NCBI GenBank assembly: GCA_963826105.1
Contig: CAWGWA010000011.1
Coordinates: 67,823-131,822, forward strand
Origin: an uncultured Actinomycetes bacterium
GTDB taxonomy: Bacteria > Actinomycetota > CADDZG01 > WHSQ01
Length of the DNA stretch: 64,000 nucleotides
Direction of reading: 5' to 3'
The notes beneath the pieces are model-generated. The model was not told the DNA's origin, made no database searches, and saw only the letters and a list, made by a program, of their open reading frames with translations. Below, in pieces: positions 1-8,534 of this stretch. The position numbers and the translations under genes were made by a program. Positions within the stretch are counted from its first letter, which is position 1. Each line of letters starts with the position of its first letter.

Positions 1-260
1 ACACCACAGGCCGCTTTAGGGAGTCGGTGTCCGCTCGACAGCGCCTAGACATGCTGGGCTAAAGGCCAAATCGTCTGAGAATCTCCGAGCTTGTCCGGCA
101 GGTTCGCCGGCACGCTCGGAGAACAACAACAGCGACACACGAAGAGGAGGTTTGGTGTTGATAGTCATTGCTGGAAAGCACCATCAATTCGGGCTCATTC
201 TCGCAACGCTGCTGCTGGTCCAAAGCACTGGCGCCTGCGACGAGTCACCACTCTAAGTCA

Positions 261-857
261 ATGCAACTCAGAACGCTGACCTTAGGGCTCTTGATCCTTG
301 CTCTCATTGTTCTGGGGTTCCCTGGTTCGAACTCCGCTAGGGCGGCGGAAGAACCTGCTAGCTTCAATCGAGTAGAGCAGGCGATCGGCGAATGGTTGCT
401 CCCAACAAAGCGCGCTAACCATTTCCTATGGCTCGCTGTTACCGTGCGCCGAGAGTACCCGGCCGGAGGCAGCGCTCCAACAACAACGGCCTCCCTAACC
501 AGAGGCACGTGCGAATCAAAAACCTCAGACGGGAAGGAAACCATTACGTGCTCCGGGAAGCCTCGTGAGTTTCACCTTCGAGAGGATCAGTTCTCTATCG
601 ACGCAGTCAGCTCCTCGGCTCGAGTGAGTTTCAAAACGAAGCGATTGGTTCAATCAATTCATTGGTCGACCGATAGCCGAAACGTCGATGGGACCTATTG
701 GGAGACTGAAGATTGCTCCGGAGAGAAGACCCTAGGAGCAGGTGCATCTCAGTTGACGATAGCGCGCGGGAGAGTCTTGGGACATCGTGTGAACACAACA
801 TCAGATCACCGAGGCTTCGCGGCACTGGATTTCGGAGCGGAGATGGGCCAGTGCTGA
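261..857 (+). CDS. hypothetical secreted protein
   Basis: ORF 168..857. An internal ATG at 261 gives a signal-peptide-like N-terminus (MQLRTLTLGLLILALIVLGFPGSNSARA). The region is about 48-50% GC versus 60-66% elsewhere. No family recognised. Confidence 0.45.
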   Translation: MQLRTLTLGLLILALIVLGFPGSNSARAAEEPASFNRVEQAIGEWLLPTKRANHFLWLAVTVRREYPAGGSAPTTTASLTRGTCESKTSDGKETITCSGKPREFHLREDQFSIDAVSSSARVSFKTKRLVQSIHWSTDSRNVDGTYWETEDCSGEKTLGAGASQLTIARGRVLGHRVNTTSDHRGFAALDFGAEMGQC

Positions 858-922
858 GGTGTGTAGCTGAGGCTCGCGGCGGACGATCATCAAAAGGGCC
901 ATCTACCAGGGGAAATACTCTG

Positions 923-994
923 TGGGCGGTGACGGGTTCGAACCGCCGACCCCTCGGGTGTAAACCGAGTGCTCTACCGCTGAGCTAACCGCCC
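923..994 (-). tRNA. tRNA-Val (anticodon TAC)
   Basis: The reverse complement reads GGGCGGTTAGCTCAGCGGTAGAGCACTCGGTTTACACCCGAGGGGTCGGCGGTTCGAACCCGTCACCGCCCA. It folds as a 72-nt cloverleaf: 7-bp acceptor stem, GCTC/GAGC D stem, CTCGG/CCGAG anticodon stem with loop TTTACAC, and a GGTTCGAAC T-loop. CCA is not encoded. Confidence 0.9.
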
Positions 995-1027
995 GACGAA
1001 CCCACAAACTACTCGTTGGGTAACACC

Positions 1028-1324
1028 CTACGAGTAGAAGTCACGCTCCCAGCGGTGAGCCTTGAGAGCTGCCAGTCGATCGGACGGCAGGCCCCTGCCC
1101 ATCGGCCACGGCACAGTTCCGCTCGACGTTGCGGAGGGAACGCATCCCGGGGATCGCGGTCGAGACCGCCGCATGACTTAGGACGAAGCGGAGTGCGAGC
1201 TCGGGGAGGTTTTTTGAGACTGATCATCCTGAGCACCGATCCACATCGTGCCGCCGATGCCCCAAGCGCCGTAGCCCACCTCGGAGATCTTGAGTCCGGT
1301 CCTACCCAGCTCCCGGTAGTTCAT
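1028..1324 (-). pseudogene. aldo/keto reductase remnant (large internal deletion plus frameshift)
   Basis: On the minus strand, ATG 1324 follows a GGGAGG SD and encodes [36 protein letters not shown], a typical AKR N-terminus. This is joined after about 36 codons to an AKR C-terminus ([40 protein letters not shown] / [20 protein letters not shown]), with a further frame change in a G-run near 1091-1095. About 230 central codons are missing. Confidence 0.7.
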
Positions 1325-1375
1325 GGAACCTCCCGCCGCTTCGGTTGCTCGATGAGTCCAGAATATCGACAGCCA

Positions 1376-2476
1376 TCAACCGAGAGCTTCGGCGAGCTCT
1401 TCGAGGCTCGTGACGTTGTGCCCGGAAAGAAAGGTGTCTACGTGTGGCAGAGCCGCGGCCATTCCGCGAGCTAAGGGTTCGTACTCCGGGCTCCCTTTGA
1501 GGGGGTTGACCCATACGACCTTGTGAGCCAGACGGCTGAGCCGAGCCATCGCGTTCTCCAGCTGAGACGGGTCTCCTCTCTCCAGACCATCGGAGCAGAG
1601 AACGACTACAGCACCGCGCAAGAAACCATGCTGGCCATACGCTCTGACGAGATTCCCCAAAGACTCCCCGATCCTGGTTCCGCCGTCCCAGTCAGCCACT
1701 TCGGCGGCAACGCGCGCCAGCGCCTCGTCCGTGTTGCCGGACTTCAGCGACCTCGTGACGCGCGTGAGGCGCGTTCCGAAGCAGAAGACCTCGACGACCC
1801 GGGAGGCTTCCATGGCCGCGAGTCCGAACTGAAAGAATGGACGTGAGTACGGCGACATCGAGCCCGAGACGTCGAGGATCAGAACGAGCGGACGAAGTTT
1901 CGTTCGGCGACCCTTCTTCGCTCGTAGGAACGGCTCTCCCCCGGTCCTCAGTGAGGAGCGCAACGTACGCCGAAGATCGAAACGATCACCGTGAACGTCC
2001 GGTCGCAGCCGCCTGACTTCACGGCGAGCGATGATCGGTGCTATCCGACGGATCAATTGAGCCACGTGTGCGCGCTCCTCTTCGGTGAGGTCCTCGAACG
2101 ACTTGGTGCGGAGTACCTCAAGACTGCTCGCACTGACCTGGATCGGCTCCTCCACCTCCGATCCGTCCTCAGCGAACAGCTCCCCACCATCGGAACCGGA
2201 CACCTCGATCTCAAGCTCGCTCTCATCGTGTGGCTCGACTGTCCCCTCGGGCAACTCTTCGGCTCCGAAGTAGTCGGCGAACGCCCGATCGAATGTCTCG
2301 AAATGGTCCGGATGCGATACCAGCGATGACCGCGCCGCCCAGTACAGGTCCTCCGGGGCGAGGGCGAGAATCGAGATCGCTTGAGTGAAGGTGACGATGC
2401 GTCCGGTCCCGACGGGCAGTCCACGTGCCCTCAAGTAGCGCCCGAACCCAACCATGAGGTCGAGCTCGGCGTTCAC
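1376..2476 (-). CDS. VWA domain-containing protein, CoxE-like
   Basis: 366-aa ORF with a MIDAS-type motif LILDVSGSMSPYS and a conserved C-terminus (VVLCSDGLERGD...VVWVNPL). Its start overlaps the stop of the upstream MoxR ATPase gene. Confidence 0.8.
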   Translation of the reverse strand: MNAELDLMVGFGRYLRARGLPVGTGRIVTFTQAISILALAPEDLYWAARSSLVSHPDHFETFDRAFADYFGAEELPEGTVEPHDESELEIEVSGSDGGELFAEDGSEVEEPIQVSASSLEVLRTKSFEDLTEEERAHVAQLIRRIAPIIARREVRRLRPDVHGDRFDLRRTLRSSLRTGGEPFLRAKKGRRTKLRPLVLILDVSGSMSPYSRPFFQFGLAAMEASRVVEVFCFGTRLTRVTRSLKSGNTDEALARVAAEVADWDGGTRIGESLGNLVRAYGQHGFLRGAVVVLCSDGLERGDPSQLENAMARLSRLAHKVVWVNPLKGSPEYEPLARGMAAALPHVDTFLSGHNVTSLEELAEALG

Positions 2477-3339
2477 TTCTCCAGGATCTCCGCGAGTTTC
2501 GCTCTGACGGTTGCTTCGTCGTCGTGATCCTTGATGACCGCGCCGAGCGTCGCTGCCATCGTCTCCTCGTTGAGTTCCGCTCCGTTGAGGAAGTTGAGCG
2601 CGTTGGCCCAGTCGATCGTCTCGGCGACGCCCGGACGCTTGATGAGGTCCATGCTCCGAAGGCGGCCAACGATACGAGCAACATCTCGCGTTAGGTCCTC
2701 AGGAAGGTCGGGTGCACGCAGACGTACGATCTCGACCTCGCGCTCCAGTGATGGATGCTCGATCCAGTGGTAGAGGCAACGACGCTTGAGTGCGTCATGC
2801 AGCTCTCGGGTTCGGTTCGAGGTGATTACGACGATCGGGGGATGCTCGGCGATGACGGTCCCGACCTCGGGGATCGTTACCGCGAAGTCGGAGAGGGTCT
2901 CGAGGAGGAAAGCCTCGAATTCGTCATCGGCACGATCGATCTCATCGATCAGCAACACTGCACCGGCCCCCGCTCTGATCGCGGCGAGCAGCGGCCGCTC
3001 GACCAAGAACCCGGGTCCGTAGAGGTCCTCCACCTGCTCGAGATGAAGGTCGGGGGTGCGTGCCGCCAGCAGCTGGCGCGAGTAGTCCCACTCGTAAAGT
3101 GCCTGGCTCGAATCGATCCCCTCGTAGCACTGGAGCCGGATCAGTTTGCGGCCGAGCGCCGAAGCGAGGACCTTGGCCACTTCGGTCTTCCCTACGCCCG
3201 CCTCACCCTCGAGCAATAGAGGTTTCGATAGGCCGGTCGCGAGGTGGATCGATGTCGCGAGCGCTCGATCGGCGATGTACGCCTGCTCGCGCAGCGCGGA
3301 CTGGACCTCCTCGACCGAACCAAAGATTGGATCTGACAC
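2473..3339 (-). CDS. MoxR-family AAA+ ATPase, CoxD-like
   Basis: Walker A LLEGEAGVGKTEVAK and Walker B VLLIDEIDRADDEFE. The tracked ORF extends to 3486 and overlaps the divergent xdhC-like gene. I prefer the in-frame GTG at 3339 (VSDPIFGSVEE...). Confidence 0.85.
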   Translation of the reverse strand: MSDPIFGSVEEVQSALREQAYIADRALATSIHLATGLSKPLLLEGEAGVGKTEVAKVLASALGRKLIRLQCYEGIDSSQALYEWDYSRQLLAARTPDLHLEQVEDLYGPGFLVERPLLAAIRAGAGAVLLIDEIDRADDEFEAFLLETLSDFAVTIPEVGTVIAEHPPIVVITSNRTRELHDALKRRCLYHWIEHPSLEREVEIVRLRAPDLPEDLTRDVARIVGRLRSMDLIKRPGVAETIDWANALNFLNGAELNEETMAATLGAVIKDHDDEATVRAKLAEILEK

Positions 3340-3395
3340 GACGTTAGTATCACTCTCATGCTCGCTATCCGCGACGAAAGGCTGGCTGAGGCGGA

Positions 3396-3710
3396 GTGAA
3401 GGACGTTCTCCCACAGATCGATCGCTGGCTAAGCGACGGCAAGAAGGTCGCCCTCGCAACGGTCGTCCGCGTCGAGCGTTCCGCACCTCGGGGCCCTGGT
3501 GCAGTCATGGCGCTGTCCGAGGACGGGGACGTCGTCGGGTCTGTGTCGGGTGGGTGCGTCGAGCCGGCAGTGTACGAGGAAGCCATGGAAGTGATCCAGA
3601 ACGGTAAGTCCAAGAACCTGACCTACGGGATCTCCGACGACCAAGCCTTCGAGGTCGGATTGACTTGCGGAGGCACGATCCACCTGTTCGTCGAACGACT
3701 GGACTGGTAA
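3396..3710 (+). CDS. XdhC/CoxI-family N-terminal domain protein
   Basis: 104 aa with ALATVVRVERSAPRGPGAVMAL...GSVSGGCVE...GLTCGGTIHLFVE, typical of the XdhC_CoxI domain. TAA at 3708-3710 is followed directly, in the same frame, by the ATG of the next XdhC ORF. Confidence 0.8.
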   Translation: MKDVLPQIDRWLSDGKKVALATVVRVERSAPRGPGAVMALSEDGDVVGSVSGGCVEPAVYEEAMEVIQNGKSKNLTYGISDDQAFEVGLTCGGTIHLFVERLDW

Positions 3711-4517
3711 ATGGGGTCGCTCTTCGACGAGCTGAAAGCCTCCATCGCAGAGGCTCGGCCGGTCGTCCTGGTCACCGTGATCAAAGGTCCGGGACAAGGC
3801 ACCAAATTGCTGGTCACCGACGCAGGAAGCCGAGGAACCCTGGGCAATGCGGATCTCGACTTCGCCGTCGTCGAGGACGCCACTCACATGTTGCAGTTGG
3901 GAGTGACCGGGCTCCGGTCCTACGGTCCTACCGGACGGCGGCGACTAGACGACGTCGAGGTGTTCATCGAATCCTTCACTCCGCCACCTCGCATGTACGT
4001 GTTCGGGGCGATCGACTTTACCGGGGCCGTAACGCGCATCGGCAAGCTGCTCGGCTATCACGTCACCGTCTGCGATGCGCGGGAGAAGTTCGCCACCCCA
4101 GAGCGTTTCCCGGAAGCCGATGAGGTCGTTGTCATGTGGCCCGACGCGTTCCTGGCCGAGGCTCCCGTCGACCGTCGCACGGTTATCTGCGCTCTGACCC
4201 ACGACCCCAAGTTCGACGTCCCGCTGCTCAAGGCGGCACTAGCCACCGACGCCGGCTACATCGGCGCGATGGGGAGCCGGCGGACACACGACGAGCGCGT
4301 AGCGCAACTGCGAGCGGAGGGGGTGTCGGACGAGGACATCGCACGGGTCGCCGGTCCCATCGGACTCGACATCGGTGCTCGAACTCCGGAAGAGGTCGCG
4401 GTGTCGATCGCCGCGGAGGTCATCGCACTGCGAAGCGATGCTTCGGGCCGCAGACTCGTCGACCTGCAAGGACCGGTCCACGCTCCCGGGAGCGAGCCGC
4501 CGGAGAGCGGTTCTTAG
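3711..4517 (+). CDS. XdhC-family molybdoenzyme maturation protein (second XdhC_CoxI domain plus Rossmann domain)
   Basis: 268 aa with PPPRMYVFGAIDFTGAVTRIGKLLGYHVTVCDAR...LTHDPKFDVPLL...YIGAMGSRRTH...GPIGLDIGARTPEEVAVSIAAEV, the classic XdhC C-terminal domain. Confidence 0.85.
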   Translation: MGSLFDELKASIAEARPVVLVTVIKGPGQGTKLLVTDAGSRGTLGNADLDFAVVEDATHMLQLGVTGLRSYGPTGRRRLDDVEVFIESFTPPPRMYVFGAIDFTGAVTRIGKLLGYHVTVCDAREKFATPERFPEADEVVVMWPDAFLAEAPVDRRTVICALTHDPKFDVPLLKAALATDAGYIGAMGSRRTHDERVAQLRAEGVSDEDIARVAGPIGLDIGARTPEEVAVSIAAEVIALRSDASGRRLVDLQGPVHAPGSEPPESGS

Positions 4518-5197
4518 GCTCGTCCGTAGACCACGAGACTCACTGCGATGTAGTGCGCGATCCATGCCAGCACCGTGAACGCGTGGAACACCTCATGGAA
4601 GCCGAACCAGCGAGGGGCGGGATCGGGCCATTTCGTCGCGTAGACCACACCGCCCAAGGTGTAGAGGATGCCTCCGACGATCACGAGAGTGACGGCAGCC
4701 GCTCCGGCGGCGTCAACCAGCTGCGGGATCACGAAGATCGCGGCCCAGCCCGTAAGCAGATAGAGCCCGGTGTAGAGCCAGCGGGGCGCATCGAGCCAGA
4801 AGAGTCTGAACAGGATGCCGCCGATGGCTCCGGCCCAAACGACCGACAAGATGATCGTCGACGCCGGACGGTCGAGAGCAAGAACTGCGAACGGCGTGTA
4901 GGAACCCGCGATAACGAGGTAGATGTTGGCGTGGTCGAGTCGCTTCCACACCGACAGTGCCTTGGGTCCCCAACGGCCCCGGTGATAAAGGGCCGACGTG
5001 GCGAACAGCAGGACCGATGCGACAACGAACACGGTCGCGGGTCTACGGGTCACTGCCCCGGGGGCCAATGCGATCAGGACGATCCCTGAAACCAATGCAA
5101 CCGGGAAGATCCCCGCATGGAGCCAGCCTCTTAGGCGAGGCTTAACCTCCTCGAGGACATCCTTAGCCCCCTGCAGTGCGCCGTCCGCCATCGCCAC
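4514..5197 (-). CDS. hemolysin III / PAQR family membrane protein
   Basis: 227 aa with seven predicted TM segments. Motifs RGWLHAG, LDHANIYLVIAGSYTPF and HEVFHAFTVLA. Confidence 0.8.
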   Translation of the reverse strand: MAMADGALQGAKDVLEEVKPRLRGWLHAGIFPVALVSGIVLIALAPGAVTRRPATVFVVASVLLFATSALYHRGRWGPKALSVWKRLDHANIYLVIAGSYTPFAVLALDRPASTIILSVVWAGAIGGILFRLFWLDAPRWLYTGLYLLTGWAAIFVIPQLVDAAGAAAVTLVIVGGILYTLGGVVYATKWPDPAPRWFGFHEVFHAFTVLAWIAHYIAVSLVVYGRA

Positions 5198-5208
5198 AGA
5201 TTAGGCCT

Positions 5209-6162
5209 TTACGACTCGATCGACTTGGCTGCGATCTGCTTCTCGGTTATGCGCCTGACGTTGCGAGCGAGGCCGACCTTCTCCATGCCGGAGATGATGG
5301 CTCCACTGATGTCGACCTGCGTCTTATCGATCCCCTGGATAGCGGCCGATGGGAACGCGTGGTGGTTGTTGTGCCATGACTCCCCGAAGGAAACGATCGC
5401 CAGCGCCCAGTTGTTGGTCGAGTACTCGTCGCCGTCGAACGGGCGCTTGCCGTAGAAGTGGCAGATCGAATTGATGCTCCAGGTGATGTGGTGAAGGATG
5501 AAGATGCGCGCCAGGGAGCCCCAGAGGAACGCTGTCAGAGCCCCACTAAGGGTTCCGGTGATCACGAAGCCCGCGAGTGGCGGAAGCCCGAAGGTCAACA
5601 CGATCCACAGCGGGAAAAGACGATCGATCTTCACCAACGCCGGGACCTTCAGCATGTCGGGGGCCCAGCGGCGAGCCGAGGTCTGCTCGTCGGAGAACAA
5701 CCATCCCATGTGCGCGTGCCACAAACCCTTGACCACTCCACGGATCCCCGGTCCCTCATCGAGATGTGGTGAGTGGGGATCGCCCTCCTTGTCGGCGAAG
5801 GCGTGGTGCCGACGATGATCCGAAACCCAAGTGATCACGGGACCCTCGACCGCCATCGAGCCCGCGATCGCCAGAAGTCCCCGGATGAAGGGGGTCGTCT
5901 CGAAACTCTGGTGAGTGAAGTAACGGTGAAAGCCGATAGTGATTCCGAGCCCAGTGAACACGTAAAAGAACAGCGCGATGCCAGCGTCGACCCAACTCAG
6001 ACCGTTACCCCATAGCGAGTAGATCGCGAACGCGAATCCGAGGAACGGCAGCACCGTCACCGCGAGGACGATCCGCTTCTGAAGTACCGCCCTCTTGCCC
6101 TCGAGCCGCCTGACTCCCGGGATCTGGATCTCCTGTGGTCGCTCCTGAAGCACCTGTGCCAC
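5209..6162 (-). CDS. acyl-CoA (stearoyl-CoA type, delta-9) fatty acid desaturase
   Basis: Three histidine boxes (HRYFTHQSF, HRRHHAFADKEGDPHSP, SWHNNHHAFP) and a membrane-spanning N-terminus. Confidence 0.9.
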   Translation of the reverse strand: MAQVLQERPQEIQIPGVRRLEGKRAVLQKRIVLAVTVLPFLGFAFAIYSLWGNGLSWVDAGIALFFYVFTGLGITIGFHRYFTHQSFETTPFIRGLLAIAGSMAVEGPVITWVSDHRRHHAFADKEGDPHSPHLDEGPGIRGVVKGLWHAHMGWLFSDEQTSARRWAPDMLKVPALVKIDRLFPLWIVLTFGLPPLAGFVITGTLSGALTAFLWGSLARIFILHHITWSINSICHFYGKRPFDGDEYSTNNWALAIVSFGESWHNNHHAFPSAAIQGIDKTQVDISGAIISGMEKVGLARNVRRITEKQIAAKSIES

Positions 6163-6183
6163 AGCTCGCTCTCCTCTTCGATC

Positions 6184-6240
6184 GGTAACTTACGATTCCG
6201 TAACCTACCATACCGTAGGTTACGCAGCGGTAACCCTACG
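6184..6240. promoter_or_regulatory. candidate operator array upstream of the desaturase gene
   Basis: Perfect 10-bp inverted repeat CGTAACCTAC (6199-6208) / GTAGGTTACG (6215-6224) with a 6-nt spacer. It is flanked by related half-sites GTAACTTACG (6185-6194) and GTAACCCTACG (6230-6240). The array lies 22-78 nt upstream of the start codon at 6162. Confidence 0.5.
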
Positions 6241-6258
6241 AGAGGAGATATTGAGGAC

Positions 6259-6903
6259 CTAGATCCCTTCGTGGTCCTCGGGACGTCCGGGGATAGCGGA
6301 CCCGCCTACGGTCAGAGCCGGGATCAGGACGTGGGCAAGCGGTCCGATCGACAGCGCGTAGGCGACCGTCCCAACACCGACGGAGCCGCCGAGTAACCAC
6401 CCGAGGATGAGCACACTCAATTCGATCGAGGTACGGACCACACGGATCGAACGTCCTCTCCGTGCGAGTCCGGTCATCAGACCGTCGCGGGGGCCCGGAC
6501 CCAATCCCGCACCGATGTAGAGGCCGGTAGCGAGGCCGTTCAGCAGGATGCCCGCGACGAGGAACCCGTATCGGAACCCCAGCTCCTCGGGCGCATCAAC
6601 CAAGTGGAGCGACACGTCCATGAATAGCCCGACCAAGATCCCGTTGCTGATGGTTCCGAATCCCGGTCGTTGGCGTATCGGGATCCATAACAGCAGGACC
6701 ATCGCCGACACCGCGATCGTGACGACGCCGATCGAGAAACCGGTGCGCTCCGCGGCTCCTTGATGGAACACATCCCATGGATCGAGCCCCAGGTTCGCTC
6801 GTACCAGTAGCGCGGTGCTGAATCCGTAGAGCGCCAAGCCCGGAAAGAGCTGGGCCATACGGCGGATGCGGCGGTCGGGAGGGATCGGAAGAAGGATCGA
6901 CAA
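6259..6903 (-). CDS. YczE/YitT-like integral membrane protein
   Basis: 214-aa polytopic membrane ORF. LYGFSTALLVRANLGLDPWDVFHQG resembles the YczE-type family. Family assignment is from memory only. Confidence 0.5.
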   Translation of the reverse strand: MSILLPIPPDRRIRRMAQLFPGLALYGFSTALLVRANLGLDPWDVFHQGAAERTGFSIGVVTIAVSAMVLLLWIPIRQRPGFGTISNGILVGLFMDVSLHLVDAPEELGFRYGFLVAGILLNGLATGLYIGAGLGPGPRDGLMTGLARRGRSIRVVRTSIELSVLILGWLLGGSVGVGTVAYALSIGPLAHVLIPALTVGGSAIPGRPEDHEGI

Positions 6904-7019
6904 GGTCGAGGAACCCTACTTGCGGTCGGGAAGACCTCAGATCAGTTGGTTGGAACACTTGGCCCAAAGTAGAACCGGGTCGAGCCCGAGAATCAGGAGT
7001 CGGACTGAGGGAGCCGTAC

Positions 7020-7730
7020 CTAGTCGTCGAGTGAATCGATACGGCGGGTGAGCTTGGCGATCTCGGCCTCCGCATCCTCGACGCGTTTGCGCGCTGAAGC
7101 TGCGGCCATGTCGGCCTCCTTCGCCGCCTTCTGAGCGCCGACGAGGAACTTTTCGGCCTCGGCGAGGTCGCCGGTCAGGTCCTTCCGGCGCTGGTCTCGC
7201 TTACGCTCCTGCGCCTTGCGCTCCGCCGCGTCCTCACCGACCGTTCCGAACGCCGCCTCCAGACCCGAAGGCTCGACATCGGAAGACAGCCTGCCCCGGA
7301 GTAGGTCCTCCCTGGTGGCTGCGTCGGCCGCCGCGAACTGCAGGTTCCTAACGATCCGCTCGAGGTGCGCGGCTCCCGCGTTGTGCCCGGCGTCCTCGAG
7401 TATCCGAGCCGCCTCCTTGCGAAGCGCGGTCAGAGCGCGACGCCGATCCGCCGTGGCACTCGAGACGGCATCTCCGCGGCCGGCCGACAACCCCTGTTCC
7501 ATCTTCTCCGAGGCTGCGATCAGGGCCTCGAGCTTCGAGCGTGCCCCCCGGGCCAGGAGGTTGGTTGCCCAGGCGGTCACCGGGGGCTTCTTGAGCTTCT
7601 TGACCTCGGCCGCCTCTGTGCCCCGATCCTCAGCCGCCAGCTCGCCTGCGATCTCGTTGCGCAGAGCCGTGAACTCGGCCAGGGGAGCCGAATAGAGATC
7701 GTCGAGCCTCGCTTCCTTGTCTATCGCCAC
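7020..7730 (-). CDS. hypothetical Ala/Glu/Arg-rich coiled-coil protein
   Basis: 236-aa ORF with coding-like composition and a C-terminal heptad-like region (KRVEDAEAEIAKLTRRIDSLDD). No family recognised. Confidence 0.5.
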   Translation of the reverse strand: MAIDKEARLDDLYSAPLAEFTALRNEIAGELAAEDRGTEAAEVKKLKKPPVTAWATNLLARGARSKLEALIAASEKMEQGLSAGRGDAVSSATADRRRALTALRKEAARILEDAGHNAGAAHLERIVRNLQFAAADAATREDLLRGRLSSDVEPSGLEAAFGTVGEDAAERKAQERKRDQRRKDLTGDLAEAEKFLVGAQKAAKEADMAAASARKRVEDAEAEIAKLTRRIDSLDD

Positions 7731-7866
7731 AAGGGATTCCTACAGGAAGTGCCCACCGAAGGCCACACGAGTACCGATCGTGACCCGCGGGTAGTGTCAC
7801 TGGGAAGGCGACTACCCAATAAGTGGTTGCATCAGATAAGCAAGCCCCGTCACGAAAGGAGCCACT

Positions 7867-8481
7867 ATGGCCGGCAAGTACACACTTCCGGACCTGCCCT
7901 ACGACTACAAGGCGCTCGAGCCGCACATCGACGCCAAGACGATGGAGATCCATCACACCAAGCACCACCAGACGTACATCGACAAGCTGAACGCAGCCTT
8001 GGAAGGACACGACGATCTCTACACCGAGAACGTCGATGATCTGCTACGCAACTTCTCGAACGTGCCCTCCGACATCCAGGGTGCCGTCAAGAATCACGGC
8101 GGCGGACATTCCAACCACTCGCTGTTCTGGACCGTCATGGGTCCCGACGGTGGTGGCGACCCCTCGGGTGACCTCGCCGCGGCGATCGACGAGTCGTTCG
8201 GCTCGTTCAAGCAATTCCAGGAGAAATTCACCGACGCCGCGGTCGCTCAGTTCGGTTCCGGTTGGGCATGGCTCGTGGTCGACGCTGGGAAGCTCGCGGT
8301 GACGAACCTCCCGAACCAGGACTCCCCGCTGATCGACGGTAAGACTCCGATCCTCGGGCTCGATGTCTGGGAGCACGCGTACTACCTCAACTACCAGAAC
8401 AAGCGCCCGGACTACATCCAGGCGTGGTGGAACACGGTCAACTGGGACGCGGTCGCCGAGCGTTTCGGCTCCGCCTCTTAG
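7867..8481 (+). CDS. sodA: superoxide dismutase [Mn/Fe]
   Basis: [37 protein letters not shown]...[28 protein letters not shown] lies upstream. Confidence 0.95.
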   Translation: MAGKYTLPDLPYDYKALEPHIDAKTMEIHHTKHHQTYIDKLNAALEGHDDLYTENVDDLLRNFSNVPSDIQGAVKNHGGGHSNHSLFWTVMGPDGGGDPSGDLAAAIDESFGSFKQFQEKFTDAAVAQFGSGWAWLVVDAGKLAVTNLPNQDSPLIDGKTPILGLDVWEHAYYLNYQNKRPDYIQAWWNTVNWDAVAERFGSAS

Positions 8482-8501
8482 CCGGTACGGATCTTCGATC
8501 A

Positions 8502-8525
8502 GGGGCCCCTCCGGGGGCCCTTTTT
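8502..8525. terminator. rho-independent terminator between convergent sodA and GH25 genes
   Basis: GGGGCCCC-TCC-GGGGGCCC hairpin (8502-8520) followed by TTTTT (8521-8525), 21 nt after the sodA stop. Confidence 0.65.
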
Positions 8526-8534
8526 CGCGGTCGG

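Noticed and set aside
324-332. GGTTCGAAC inside the first ORF as a possible att-site repeat of the tRNA-Val T-loop region
   Set aside because: Only 9 nt are identical (about 12 of 14 with gaps) and it lies within a coding signal peptide. It is too short to distinguish from chance.
4136-5089. Long Arg/Pro/Gly-rich ORFs overlapping recognised genes (e.g. 4136..5089, 13846..14973, 32683..33501, 34762..35949, 35802..36692, 42948-frame tails, 51464..52414, 62921..63634)
   Set aside because: These are typical shadow ORFs in off-frames or antisense of real genes in high-GC DNA. They are low-complexity and Arg-rich, have no recognisable domains, and each overlaps a well-supported CDS.
7789-7817. Inverted repeat GGGTAGT-N15-ACTACCC upstream of sodA as an operator or riboregulator
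   Set aside because: It is a single 7-bp-arm repeat with a long spacer, no second copy in the window and no known matching motif. It is noted but not strong enough to call.
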